From Planctomycetota bacterium (GTDB taxonomy: Bacteria > Planctomycetota > Phycisphaerae > WQYP01), in assembly GCA_021827645.1 (NCBI GenBank), contig JAKAVA010000104.1, positions 2,840 through 66,839 on the forward strand: 64,000 bases of DNA, written 5' to 3'. The stretch's first letter is position 1. Each line of letters starts with the position of its first letter. Position numbers and translations under genes: made by a program. Under the pieces are notes generated by a model. The model was not told where the DNA came from. It did no database searches and saw only the letters and a program-made list of their open reading frames with translations. Below, piece after piece: positions 30,095-40,606 of the stretch.

Positions 30095-31222
30095 ATGTCC
30101 ATGAACCGTCAGGAACTTGCGCAAAGGGTTGGTGCAAAACTTAAGGCGGCAAAGCCCGAAAGCGTTCGTGGGGTAGTCGGATTCGATGGGTTTGTTGATG
30201 AGATCATAGCTGTCGTCGACAAACGCTATTCCACAATCAATTACGACCGCATCGCCACGATTACCGATTTTGCCGCCCGGGCGGCTCAAGCGGCCGGAAA
30301 GAGTGCCAATTTAGAATTGGTTGTCAAAAAACAAAAACTTGGGGGTAACGGCCCCATCATGGCCAATGCGCTGGCGGCGATCGGCTTCCGATTAACCTAT
30401 ATCGGCAACCTTGGTTACCCGCAGGTGCACCCCGTATTTCAAGAACTGGCCGGCCGCGTGGAGGTGCTCAGCCTCGGTGAACCGTGTCACACCGATGCGC
30501 TGGAATTTGACGACGGCAAATTGATGCTGGGCAAACTCGGTCCCATCGGCGAGATATCGTGGGAATTGCTGCTGGAACGTGTGGGACAAAATCGGCTGGT
30601 TAAACTCCTCTCCGAAGCCCAACTGCTGGGCATGGTCAACTGGACCATGATTCCATCCATGAATGACATCTGGGAACAAATGATTCGGTATATCTTTCCG
30701 AATTTGCCGGCAGGCCGTCGGAGCTTATTCGTCGATCTTGCCGACCCTGAGAAGCGGACGCGAGAAGATGTCGCGGCGGGGTTAAAGTTGCTCAGTGCGA
30801 TGGTCAAGCATCTCGATGTAATCCTGGGCTTAAATCTTAAGGAAGCCCAGCAGGTGGCTGAAGTACTCCACATCCGTCTGCCGGCGGATCTGGAGCAGAA
30901 TCTGGGCCAATTGGCGTCGGACATTCGCAAGGCGCTCGGCGTTCATACTGTCGTGATTCATCCGCGTAGCGGTGCGGCGGCTGCTACGGAGCAACAAGAC
31001 GCCAGTTTTTCAGGTCCGTTTATTCAACAACCGCTGATCAGTACCGGCGCCGGCGACCACTTCAATGCGGGTTTTACGGCGGGCCGATTGCTCGGGTTTG
31101 ATCTGGATGAATCTCTATGTCTCGGCACCGCCACGAGTGGTTATTATGTTCGTCATGCCAAAAGCCCGATGCAGGCGGACTTGGCGGACTTCTGTCGCAA
31201 CCTGCCGGAACCCGAATTTTAA
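30095..31222 (+). CDS. Ribokinase-superfamily sugar kinase, resembling ADP-dependent glucokinase/phosphofructokinase-like (PfkB fold)
   Basis: GGNGPIMANALAA (cf. GGNA motif of ADP-dependent kinases) and C-terminal STGAGDHFNAGF (ribokinase-family catalytic GAGD motif); AGGAG RBS before ATG at 30095. Confidence 0.55.
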   Translation: MSMNRQELAQRVGAKLKAAKPESVRGVVGFDGFVDEIIAVVDKRYSTINYDRIATITDFAARAAQAAGKSANLELVVKKQKLGGNGPIMANALAAIGFRLTYIGNLGYPQVHPVFQELAGRVEVLSLGEPCHTDALEFDDGKLMLGKLGPIGEISWELLLERVGQNRLVKLLSEAQLLGMVNWTMIPSMNDIWEQMIRYIFPNLPAGRRSLFVDLADPEKRTREDVAAGLKLLSAMVKHLDVILGLNLKEAQQVAEVLHIRLPADLEQNLGQLASDIRKALGVHTVVIHPRSGAAAATEQQDASFSGPFIQQPLISTGAGDHFNAGFTAGRLLGFDLDESLCLGTATSGYYVRHAKSPMQADLADFCRNLPEPEF

Positions 31223-31311
31223 TCGCACCGCAAACGCCGCATGAATTGAATGGGTATTGATGATCGAGCGTGATTAAATCCGCGCGTCGATATCCAGGCG
31301 GCATGGGTTCA

Positions 31312-32295
31312 TCAGCCGTGCCCGAGCACCCGATGCGGAACATAAGGTTCGGCAAGGGCCGCTGATTCGTCGGCCGTCAATTTGATATCAACCGCAGCCA
31401 GCGCTTCATCCAGATGATGCATCTTGGATGCGCCGATAATTGGCGATGTCACCCCGGGCTGGTTCAATATCCACGCCAGCGCGATCTGCGCATTGGAGAC
31501 ACCTCGGGCCGAGGCTATCTGTGTGAGCCTGTCAACCACAGTGAAATCGGCCGGTTGATAATAGAGTTTATGGGCAAAATCATCGGTCTTGGCGCGATCG
31601 GTTGCACCGCGGTCGGCAGCACTGCGATTACCGGCCAGAAATCCTCTTGCCAGCGGACTCCATGGAATAACCGCTATTCCTTCGTGACGGCAGAGTGGAA
31701 TCATCTCGCGCTCTTCCTCGCGATAGATCAGGTTGTAGTGGTTCTGCATGGAGACGAAGCGTGTCTTATTGAGCCGACGGGCCGTATGGAGATATTCAGC
31801 AAATTGCCAGGCATCCATGGATGATGCCCCGATATACAGAACCTTTCCCGCCTTGACCACATCGTGCAGCCCGTCGATGGTTTCTTCAATGGGCGTATGG
31901 CTATCAAAGCGGTGAATCTGATAAAGATCGACGTAATCCATACCGAGACGTTTGAGCGAATGATCAATTGCATGGCGGATGTGTTTGCGCGACAGCCCTC
32001 GCTGGTTCGGGCTTTCGCCCATGGGGCCGTTGAGTTTGGTGGCGATTACAATCTGCTCGCGTGAGATTCCTATTTTTTTAACGGCACGTCCCAGTATTTC
32101 CTCACTTACGCCGTTGGAATAGACGTCGGCGGTATCGTAGAAATTAATGCCGCCCTTCCATGCCTTTTCAATAAAGGGCATGGCGTCACCCTCTTCCAGC
32201 ACCCATTGCCGCCACTTTTTACTTCCGTAGGTCATCATTCCAAGGCATATCCGTGAAACGATCAGGCCCGTTGAGCCAAGATTCGTATATTGCAT
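31312..32295 (-). CDS. Aldo/keto reductase family oxidoreductase
   Basis: MQYTNLGSTGLIVSRICLGMMTYG..., FYDTADVYSNG, IGASS motifs of AKR family. Confidence 0.8.
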   Translation of the reverse strand: MQYTNLGSTGLIVSRICLGMMTYGSKKWRQWVLEEGDAMPFIEKAWKGGINFYDTADVYSNGVSEEILGRAVKKIGISREQIVIATKLNGPMGESPNQRGLSRKHIRHAIDHSLKRLGMDYVDLYQIHRFDSHTPIEETIDGLHDVVKAGKVLYIGASSMDAWQFAEYLHTARRLNKTRFVSMQNHYNLIYREEEREMIPLCRHEGIAVIPWSPLARGFLAGNRSAADRGATDRAKTDDFAHKLYYQPADFTVVDRLTQIASARGVSNAQIALAWILNQPGVTSPIIGASKMHHLDEALAAVDIKLTADESAALAEPYVPHRVLGHG

Positions 32296-32476
32296 GTACA
32301 ACTCCTTTGTCTGGCTCGCGTACCGACGCAGCCCGCTATTGGGAATAACAACATCAACTGATGATGTCAACTATTTTCACCGCTTTTATCCGTGCGGAAT
32401 CCAATGAGACGACACGCACCGGTTGCGCGAACCGGATTTGGCGGGCGTATATCTCTATGAGGCAATGGATACCGGA

Positions 32477-34447
32477 TCAATGCGGATAGGGTTGGATAAA
32501 GCCTCTGGGAATTATTTCATGATTCGTGGGGAGCGGATAAATTCTACCGGAAAGCTTCCTGACGGCCCAGATGCAGGCGAGCGTTGACCGGGGCGTTCCG
32601 GGCGCCTCGGCAAATGCCTTAATTGAACTCAAAGCGGGTTTGTAACCCATTCGCGCCAGCGCAATAGCGGCCATTGCCCGCACGCCATCTTCCTCGGGTG
32701 GGAGACGATAGGCATCATTGAGGCGCGACAGTAATTGGCGTGCAATGCGAGGGTCGGCGTGACCGGCATAGATTTTTCCCAACGCCCAGATAGCGGCCTC
32801 TCGGCTTCGTGTCGCAAATGGGCCGAATTGCGGGATCAACTGCACCAAGGTTGGAATCGCCTTCCTGTATTTCATTTCGCCCAACATACAAAAGGCCTCC
32901 GACATCGTTTGCGACTGCACAAGCACAGAACCGGCAAGATGGATGGTGTATTGCTTAATTGAAATTCTCCCACCGGGGATATGCTGTTTTGCCAGCCTCT
33001 GCATGGTTTGTCTTCTCAAAAGTATTTCTCGGTTTAGTATGTTGACGGCAAGATGATAAACAGCCGCAACCTGATTGGCTGCCTTTAACCTTTGCAGAGC
33101 AATTACCGACGCAAGAACAACCTGGTTAGAACGACTCCGCAGCAATCTGGCGGCCGGGCCAATAGCTGAAGACACATGCAGGCGCCCGAGCAGCAGAAGT
33201 GACTGCCCCTGCACTTGAGCATTCATTTTGGTGGTGGGACGTCTGAGCACGTTCAGGGCTTGGGTAATTATCTGCTGATGCAAAGACTCAGTTCCAGCGA
33301 GTTGCGTCAACGCAATCCGCGCATCATCACTGATATAGCGACGCCGATCCCCAAGTTGGCTCATGAGCAGGGGAATGGAAGCCGGTATGGCTGCACAACG
33401 TGCAATACGAGTGATCGCATGGCGAATACTCGCCAGGGGTGAATGAACCAAACCGTCAGCCAGTTGACCGCCATCTGCTTCGATAAACTCACGGGACAGC
33501 ACATTCTGTGTCTCGATCCTGCGCAAACCCATCAGCCGGATCGTCGGATTCTCATTCTGACATAGACCGATGATCCGTGATGGAATATTTTCTCCAACGA
33601 TCAATATTGCATCGACAACTTCATACAGGATCCTATTTTTATGACGGGTTTGAGTTGGATTCAACGGGGGAAAGTATCCATGAAAATGCATCGCTGCCAG
33701 GGCCCGGGCAGCGCCTAACCTGAGCCGAACCGGGGTTTGCGGAGCGAAACAAAGTTTGAGGAGCGTCGGCTGCGCGATCGTGTCACGATCTTTCCGTAGG
33801 CCGACAACCGCACTTTGTCGCAGCGACTCCAAAAGATGTTTGTCGGCAGCGCGCCAGCGCCAGATTTTCAACATCTTACCGCTGTGAAGGCCATAGAGGA
33901 GGGGATCAACTGCCAGTACGAGCGACGGCGAACCGTCGCGATCCAATTGGATTAATGCCGGAAGATCATGGATAGCCATTGTTTTGCCGACCACCTGCAA
34001 TGCGGCAATCTGTGCCGTCCGCCAACTGGCGCTCTGGGAGGCGGAAAGTGTCCCCCGGGTATGTCTCTGACCGAGAGCCAGTTGTGTTAATTCTTGGAGC
34101 AGCGGAGGCGGAAGATGAAGACCGGCTTGATGCTGCCGATTGATAACGGCGCAAAGTTGTGTATCCATGACGGGATTAGGCATCGAGAGAATCTGCTGCC
34201 AGAGATTAATATCTGCAGGTGTGGCGAGGATACGCCTTATTCCGACCTTGGGCAAAAGTGGATCGCGGAACATTGGATAATTCCAGCCTCGGCGATTTCG
34301 CGCCATTGTCGTTCCGCAGATCATCAGCACGCTGATAACCGCAACAGCCGTCAGACATAAAATTGGAACATCTGCATGTTTCCCGATCAATCGCAGGACA
34401 CATAGGGGACGACGATATCCATATGAGTTGCTGTGAATCATCGGCAA
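32477..34447 (-). CDS. HEAT/PBS-lyase-repeat protein with N-terminal membrane anchor; last gene of the ABC operon
   Basis: Repeated ~30-aa alpha-helical units (REAAIWALGKIYAGHADPRIARQLL...; VRAMAAIALARMGYKPALSSI...); TM helix near the N-terminus. Confidence 0.5.
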   Translation of the reverse strand: MPMIHSNSYGYRRPLCVLRLIGKHADVPILCLTAVAVISVLMICGTTMARNRRGWNYPMFRDPLLPKVGIRRILATPADINLWQQILSMPNPVMDTQLCAVINRQHQAGLHLPPPLLQELTQLALGQRHTRGTLSASQSASWRTAQIAALQVVGKTMAIHDLPALIQLDRDGSPSLVLAVDPLLYGLHSGKMLKIWRWRAADKHLLESLRQSAVVGLRKDRDTIAQPTLLKLCFAPQTPVRLRLGAARALAAMHFHGYFPPLNPTQTRHKNRILYEVVDAILIVGENIPSRIIGLCQNENPTIRLMGLRRIETQNVLSREFIEADGGQLADGLVHSPLASIRHAITRIARCAAIPASIPLLMSQLGDRRRYISDDARIALTQLAGTESLHQQIITQALNVLRRPTTKMNAQVQGQSLLLLGRLHVSSAIGPAARLLRSRSNQVVLASVIALQRLKAANQVAAVYHLAVNILNREILLRRQTMQRLAKQHIPGGRISIKQYTIHLAGSVLVQSQTMSEAFCMLGEMKYRKAIPTLVQLIPQFGPFATRSREAAIWALGKIYAGHADPRIARQLLSRLNDAYRLPPEEDGVRAMAAIALARMGYKPALSSIKAFAEAPGTPRSTLACIWAVRKLSGRIYPLPTNHEIIPRGFIQPYPH

Positions 34448-34450
34448 TCC

Positions 34451-36103
34451 TCAACGGGCCTCAGTCAATTGACTTGTCCGCGCCGTCAAAATAATGAGAG
34501 ACAGTAAGATGAGTACCGACATGAAACCCCAGTTCCACTCGATGACATTCAGATGCCTGAAACCGGGCATTCTCATCGCACCTAATGCCGCCGCCAGCGG
34601 ATTGAGCCGCAGTGCCAGAGAGACCGCTCCCGGGGAAAACAGGCTCTCCCGTCCAAGCCAGACCAGCATCGTACCGCCGAACAGCGCCAGAATGAGTGCA
34701 TAGGCGATCGCGGTGGCAGATGCGGTTTTTCGGCACAACGAACTGATGGCAGTGGTACCGATGACACAAAGCAAACTGGTTAAGATCAGGCTAATAAGCA
34801 CTTGAAAAATGCGCTGCGACTCATGTGGTGAAATCAACAACTGTACCAAATACCCCGGCATGGTCGCCAGGAGCAGCAGTGCCAACGTGCGGAAGACAGA
34901 AAGCAATTTTCCGGTAACGATTGCAGCAGCGGAAAGAGGGGTCATCTGAAGCAGACGCCATGATCCATTTTGAACTTCAGAGCTGATAAGACCCGCAGCG
35001 AGGCTCGGCGTTATGAGAACGATGATCGCAATCTGCAGGACAACCATCAGCCCCCCCATCAGATTGCCGCTGGATTGCATGGATCCGTAGGCAGTCGCCA
35101 GCATCAAGCCGAGGGATAATACGAGACAGATGCCGACCAATCTTGCCATCCACGAAGACCGACCGAAACGCGAGGCTCTGAATTCCTTAACCATGACCGG
35201 ATTGGAGAAACGGCCCGTGAGTTTCTCCCGGCGCTGCGGATCAAAAAACCAGAGGTACATGAATCGGCGATAGGCCTGCACCTGAGTAGAGCGTTCATCG
35301 GTAATTTTTCCGGAATCGCGAGGTCGGTCGAAGATACGCTGTCCCAGGCGGCGGACCGTTAAGCCTCCGCAGATCAAGATCACCAGTGCCGCGGACACAA
35401 GGTAATAGACAAGATCAGTGGATTTGTCGGAAAATCGCCCGGTGGCAACCAATCCCTGAAGAATCCGGATCGGCGAGATATCAGAGGCCATCCGCAGATA
35501 ATGCCCCACGATCGGTGGTGCCGAACGAGGCACGAATTTTGCCGGTATCAATGTAACGACAAACAGACCGAATATAACGGCATAGGTGAGCCGCAGTGCG
35601 GCATCAATGGACTGGCATCGCGTGCTGACATAGAGTCCGATGGCGGTAGCCTCAATAGCCGCAACCTGCAGAAGGAGATAAACGGGAAGTATCTGTGCAA
35701 CAATACTGACACCTCCCATGACATAACATGCGACAGCCTCCGGGAGACTGATGGCCAAAAGCAGAAGGGAAAAACCAATTGATCCGATAAATTTACCGAC
35801 GAATATCTGCCATGGCGAGAGGGGTGAATTCAGCAGGAGTGCCAACGTACCGGAGCGCTTTTCAGCGACGATAGATGCCGCGGGAAAAGCCGGGACGATC
35901 ACCATCAAACCGGCGAGAAGCGTCCATCCAAAAATGGCGAGTACTTCCCGGGCCTGATCGCCCGATAAATCGACACGACCGGAATGAGGCCATCGCAAAA
36001 CTACCATTCCCGCCAGGGCAAGCATCCAGATGAACTGCATCCAAAGGGCGGCGGGCTTACGCATTTGGCTGATACATTCGCGTGTAATGATCGGGTTGTT
36101 CAT
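34451..36103 (-). CDS. ABC-2 type transporter permease (fused double permease, ~12 TM)
   Basis: Highly hydrophobic, two 6-TM halves; 4-bp overlap with the upstream ATPase gene (ATGA). Confidence 0.65.
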   Translation of the reverse strand: MNNPIITRECISQMRKPAALWMQFIWMLALAGMVVLRWPHSGRVDLSGDQAREVLAIFGWTLLAGLMVIVPAFPAASIVAEKRSGTLALLLNSPLSPWQIFVGKFIGSIGFSLLLLAISLPEAVACYVMGGVSIVAQILPVYLLLQVAAIEATAIGLYVSTRCQSIDAALRLTYAVIFGLFVVTLIPAKFVPRSAPPIVGHYLRMASDISPIRILQGLVATGRFSDKSTDLVYYLVSAALVILICGGLTVRRLGQRIFDRPRDSGKITDERSTQVQAYRRFMYLWFFDPQRREKLTGRFSNPVMVKEFRASRFGRSSWMARLVGICLVLSLGLMLATAYGSMQSSGNLMGGLMVVLQIAIIVLITPSLAAGLISSEVQNGSWRLLQMTPLSAAAIVTGKLLSVFRTLALLLLATMPGYLVQLLISPHESQRIFQVLISLILTSLLCVIGTTAISSLCRKTASATAIAYALILALFGGTMLVWLGRESLFSPGAVSLALRLNPLAAALGAMRMPGFRHLNVIEWNWGFMSVLILLSLIILTARTSQLTEAR

Positions 36104-37068
36104 AGACGCGGCGTCTCCGCAGTTTGACGGGTGACCGTCATAAATGCATCTTCCAGATCCTGTTGCAATTCACGAAACTGCGAAACCCTTATCTGCGAGG
36201 ACATGAGCTTTGCCAGTAGCACCGACAACCGGGCATCGCCGGAGGTGGTGGTGAAACGGATGGTGCCGTCGGCGGGTGATCGAGTAATTCCATCCACCCA
36301 ATCTCCCTGCTCTTTGAGCAAATCGTGCGCCAAGTTGACATCATCTTCTGAGAGTAATTGGATTTCAATAATTCGGCGCGTCTGAATTTCCTTCATGATT
36401 TCGTCGAGCGGCCCGAACGCCCTTAATTTCCCGTGGGTCATCATGGCCACCACATTGCAGATTCGCGACAATTCCGGCAGGATATGACTTGTAACAATCA
36501 GCGTTTTACCCTGAGCCGCGAGTTTCAGGAGCAGTTCGCGCATTTCAACACGGGCGGTGGGATCAAGCCCGTTGGCGGGCTCATCAAGTATTAAAACCGG
36601 CGGGTCGTGAAGCATAATGCGGGCGATGGCCACACGCTGCTTCATTCCATGGGAAAGACTCTCCACGTAAAGGTCCGCCATGTGGCCCGCGCCTGCAATT
36701 TCCAGGCATTCATTGATGCGATTGAGCCGCATTCTCCGATCGATTTTGAAGGCAGCCCCGAAGAAATCTAAATATTCACGTACGCGCATATTGTCGTAAG
36801 CGCCAAATACATCCGGCATGTAGCCGACGAGCCGCTTAATTTTCCGTGTGTCGCTGGTACAGTCGATGCCGGTGATTGAGGCCGAGCCTTCGGTGGGTCG
36901 GCTCAGACCGACAAGTATCTTAATCGTCGTGGTTTTCCCGGCTCCATTGGGGCCGATAAAACCAAGAATCTGCCCGCGATGGAGATGAATATTCAGACGA
37001 TCGAGTGCGGTGAAATCGCCATATCGCTTGGTTAAATTGACTGTTTTGATAACTGGTTCTTCCGTCAT
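36100..37068 (-). CDS. ABC transporter ATP-binding protein
   Basis: Walker A GFIGPNGAGKTTTIKIL, signature LSHGMKQRVAIA, Walker B LILDEP. Confidence 0.85.
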   Translation of the reverse strand: MTEEPVIKTVNLTKRYGDFTALDRLNIHLHRGQILGFIGPNGAGKTTTIKILVGLSRPTEGSASITGIDCTSDTRKIKRLVGYMPDVFGAYDNMRVREYLDFFGAAFKIDRRMRLNRINECLEIAGAGHMADLYVESLSHGMKQRVAIARIMLHDPPVLILDEPANGLDPTARVEMRELLLKLAAQGKTLIVTSHILPELSRICNVVAMMTHGKLRAFGPLDEIMKEIQTRRIIEIQLLSEDDVNLAHDLLKEQGDWVDGITRSPADGTIRFTTTSGDARLSVLLAKLMSSQIRVSQFRELQQDLEDAFMTVTRQTAETPRL

Positions 37069-37075
37069 GTTACCT

Positions 37076-39376
37076 CTATTCGGCCAAACCGTGGATGGAA
37101 ACGCGACCATAGGCAAAGTGCCAGCTTGAATTCGGCTGCTTCGAAAAGCCCACATGCAAACGAAGAAGTAGATGCCCGTTTCGAAACTCTCCCGGTTTTA
37201 ATTCAAACCTCTGATTGAAAACCGCTCTTGCCGCCGTCACCGTCGCTATCGATATCCAGACTCCACGGTCGTATAAGGCAAGAGATACGTTTCTGCCGGG
37301 AGCGGTTATGCCAAATTCAAGATGAGCATAAGTGGCTTTAATGTGCCGCAGTAAACGAGGAACCGAATATTTCATGTAGACAGGGCCGGAAATGGTGGTA
37401 TCCGCCATCCATCGATGGAGATCAAAATTATAGACAGGTGCAGACATCTGTCCCTTGGGCCCGCGCACAATCTGCATTCGTACCATGGGCCATGGAACCG
37501 CGATGGCGGTTCCTGTTGGTGGCAGCCGGGGCGTGAATGGTAATACCATCAGCGTATTACACAGATGAAGTTTTGTTTTAGTCACGTTCCATGCAGGCGG
37601 AATGTCGTCGGACCACGCGAGCAATTCGGGCTGATGCGCGGGATATGCTGCCAGTAATGCTGCGGTAAGCGCCTCTTGGCGCTGATCACTTCGACTCAGC
37701 AGGACACCTGACATGTACTGCCCCGCAGGCAATATCTGGTCCGTACCGGACGTAAATGATGACCGACCACCATTGGCAGATCCAAGTTGCAATGCCATCA
37801 TCCCGCTCGGACCAGCAATAACGGCATGCTCGATGGGGTATTTTGATTCCAAGTTCCCCGAAAACCCGTCTTGATTGACTGCAGCATGAACCAACAAGTC
37901 TGGCTGGGGAGTATGCTGAAAGGTTTTATACAACACATTGACCACTTTGCCTGACGGGATGGTCAAATTTCGAATATTCATGCTGCTTTGATCAGGTGAA
38001 TAATCGAATCGACAATCTTGCTGAGAGTTGATAAAACGGTTCCAGTAAGTATAGGTTGGGGCGCTAACTCGGGCCGATACGGCCATCTGCCGCGGGGTAA
38101 AGATCGCAGCTTCGCCGCTGATCATACAGTCGTTCCGGAGAACCATCGCGACTTGAACGGCGGATTCGCTCTCAGGCACCGGTCCGCGCTCGAATCGGCC
38201 CAGCATATAGAGAGTACCGGAGGCAATGAGAGCCACTGCGAGAGCAAACACCCCCAGCATCCCTCCTTGACCTCGCCGACTCAATATCCAGCCGCCCACG
38301 GCAACGAACCCAATAAGCAAGCCGAAAATCAGCATGACCGATCGACGACTGACCACCCGATATCCGATCGCATTTGCTGCCATGCGGAGAGCATATCTGG
38401 GAACCCGAGACATCGATTTGGCGGCATAAAACTCACGCGTAGCCGGCCAAAGCTCGGGGATGGCTCTACCCTGTGGCGTCAGAAGCGCCCGTCGATCGAC
38501 GGCGCCAAGCCACACCTGTCCTCGGCCCAAGGAATAACGCATAACAAGAGGCCAACCATCGGCAGATACGACGACGTGAGAGTTCCCGGAAAAATAGCAC
38601 CGCAATTTCCGACTGCGGGAGGTTTTTATGATCCGGGGGTGACCATGCATCCTATATGAATAACTTGCACTGCGTATGGTCTCTACATAAGCAAGATCAT
38701 AATTTCCACCAAGTAGCGTGCGAGCCAACTGGCGCTGAGAGGCTTTATCCAAGTCGATCCAAACTCGCCCGCCGGCAATGATCCAATCGCGCAATGCATC
38801 TACTTGAGCGCCGGAAAGACAAAAATTCCCCGTTCCGACGAAAATTCGCTTAATACCCAAAAGTGTCGGCGCCGTGACAGGGAAATTCATGACCGTGATA
38901 TAGGTCATCACCTCTGGCAAACCGATCTGCCGACGCATGGCGATGGCCAAATCGGTGACGCCACTCGAACGGTTCCCCTCGATGACGGCGGTCTGCATCC
39001 GCTGATGTTGGATAAACTGACTGCTGTAGGCGCCCTGGCGAGTTCCACTGAGCGAAGCGGATATCGGAATCGACGTCAATCTGTGGTGCGTTGCTGGTGG
39101 CAGCATGATCGGAAAGAACCAACGAAGAGAGCTCTCGGGAGGAACCCACACTCGAAATCGAGTCTTGATACCACTATGGCCGGGAACGCCTGTAGAAAGA
39201 CTCAACGTCTTTCCGCCTGAGTTCGGATTCTTCAATTCCACCACAACTGAGCTGGTACCGCCAGGCATGACAGGCGTGATCTGCGGGGAAATGTAACTGA
39301 GTTTAGCAGCGGCCCAGACAGATCCAGATGCCGCCAAGAAAAGAATCACCGCGAAAAACCAGTTGGGCCGACTCAT
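37076..39376 (-). CDS. GldG-like ABC-transporter auxiliary protein (signal anchor, large periplasmic domain, mid-protein TM pair)
   Basis: Start at MSRPNWFFAVILFLAASGSVWA; segment ALRDWIIAGGRVWI resembles the DUF4350/GldG amidotransferase-like fold; 2 TM helices near residue 420. Confidence 0.4.
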   Translation of the reverse strand: MSRPNWFFAVILFLAASGSVWAAAKLSYISPQITPVMPGGTSSVVVELKNPNSGGKTLSLSTGVPGHSGIKTRFRVWVPPESSLRWFFPIMLPPATHHRLTSIPISASLSGTRQGAYSSQFIQHQRMQTAVIEGNRSSGVTDLAIAMRRQIGLPEVMTYITVMNFPVTAPTLLGIKRIFVGTGNFCLSGAQVDALRDWIIAGGRVWIDLDKASQRQLARTLLGGNYDLAYVETIRSASYSYRMHGHPRIIKTSRSRKLRCYFSGNSHVVVSADGWPLVMRYSLGRGQVWLGAVDRRALLTPQGRAIPELWPATREFYAAKSMSRVPRYALRMAANAIGYRVVSRRSVMLIFGLLIGFVAVGGWILSRRGQGGMLGVFALAVALIASGTLYMLGRFERGPVPESESAVQVAMVLRNDCMISGEAAIFTPRQMAVSARVSAPTYTYWNRFINSQQDCRFDYSPDQSSMNIRNLTIPSGKVVNVLYKTFQHTPQPDLLVHAAVNQDGFSGNLESKYPIEHAVIAGPSGMMALQLGSANGGRSSFTSGTDQILPAGQYMSGVLLSRSDQRQEALTAALLAAYPAHQPELLAWSDDIPPAWNVTKTKLHLCNTLMVLPFTPRLPPTGTAIAVPWPMVRMQIVRGPKGQMSAPVYNFDLHRWMADTTISGPVYMKYSVPRLLRHIKATYAHLEFGITAPGRNVSLALYDRGVWISIATVTAARAVFNQRFELKPGEFRNGHLLLRLHVGFSKQPNSSWHFAYGRVSIHGLAE

Positions 39377-39634
39377 CGCCACCGTGAATCCCCCGATCAA
39401 ACAACTCTCAACTCTGCGCCGACGATGAATCAGAACACCGGCGCCCTGAAGAATATCAAGCTGAAGTATGGTAGATGCAGATACGACCGACCGCAAGGAG
39501 ATGTACCGGAAATTTTTTGCGATGAGATGCAGTTGATATGGCGCCGGCGAACAGCAGAACTAAGGCGTGCTTAAAAATAGCCTACCGTTATGCGCCAACG
39601 TGTGTAAAACTTCCCGCCAATCAATTACAACGTT

Positions 39635-40606
39635 TCAAGAATACACTTCAGGATTGACACAATGTGGTGGACGAACGCCGCTCAGAGCCGCGATGAGATT
39701 TTCGGCGGCCATCACCGCCATTTTCGAGCGGGTTTTCAGCGTGGCACTACCGACGTGAGGCAGAAGCACCGCATTGGGCATCTCAGCGAGACCGGGTGTC
39801 AGACGCGGTTCATTTTCGTATACATCAAGTCCGCAGCCGGCAATTCTATTATTTTTCAGTGCCTCCAGCAGTGCTTCCTCATCAACCAGAGGCCCACGTG
39901 ATGTATTAATCAAAAACGCCGTCGGCTTCATCATGGCAAGCTGCGCCCGGCCGATCATATGACGCGTTTCCGGGGTAAGAGGTGCGTGAATACTGACAAA
40001 ATCAGATTGCTGCAGCAACTCGGGAAGCGCCATCCGCTTTGCACCACACATGCGCTCAAAATCAGGCTTGGGATGGCGCGACGTGTAAATGATGGGCATG
40101 TCAAAACCGCAGGCCATCTGCGCCGTACGCATACCAATACGGCCCGCGCCGATGATGCCCAATGTTTTGCCGGTAACCGGTGAACCGAGAAAATCCATCG
40201 GTTCCCATCCGCGCCAGAGCTGCTTACGAACCATCTGATCTCCTTCCACAACCCTGCGGGCGACGGCGAGAATCAGTGTCATTGCCAATTCGGCGGTTGC
40301 GTCAGTGAGGACATCGGGCGTATTGCCAACGCCGATTTTTCGGCGGGTGCACTCGGCAATGTCGATATGATTGAAACCGACGCTGAAGGTGCTCAAAGCC
40401 GTGAGATGCTCGAGTTGATCCAGAATCCCCTTTGTAATCGATTCGCCGGGAGTCACGAGCAAACCCTGACAGTCCGCCGCGCCGGCGATCATTTCTTCTG
40501 CCGAAATAGATCCTTTTTCTCTACCGATGCGAACTTCGCCGAACGCACGCAAAGGTGTCATTCCTGAATCTGGAATGAGTTTGGTGACAAAAATGTGGGG
40601 TCTCAA
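39635..40606 (-). CDS. D-isomer-specific 2-hydroxyacid dehydrogenase (glyoxylate/hydroxypyruvate reductase-like)
   Basis: NAD-binding GKTLGIIGAGRIGMRTAQM; catalytic-domain conservation. Confidence 0.8.
   Translation of the reverse strand: MRPHIFVTKLIPDSGMTPLRAFGEVRIGREKGSISAEEMIAGAADCQGLLVTPGESITKGILDQLEHLTALSTFSVGFNHIDIAECTRRKIGVGNTPDVLTDATAELAMTLILAVARRVVEGDQMVRKQLWRGWEPMDFLGSPVTGKTLGIIGAGRIGMRTAQMACGFDMPIIYTSRHPKPDFERMCGAKRMALPELLQQSDFVSIHAPLTPETRHMIGRAQLAMMKPTAFLINTSRGPLVDEEALLEALKNNRIAGCGLDVYENEPRLTPGLAEMPNAVLLPHVGSATLKTRSKMAVMAAENLIAALSGVRPPHCVNPEVYS

Noticed and set aside
38018-38659. 213-aa ORF antisense to the GldG-like gene
   Set aside because: Nested antisense ORF; Arg/Gly/Pro-rich low-complexity translation
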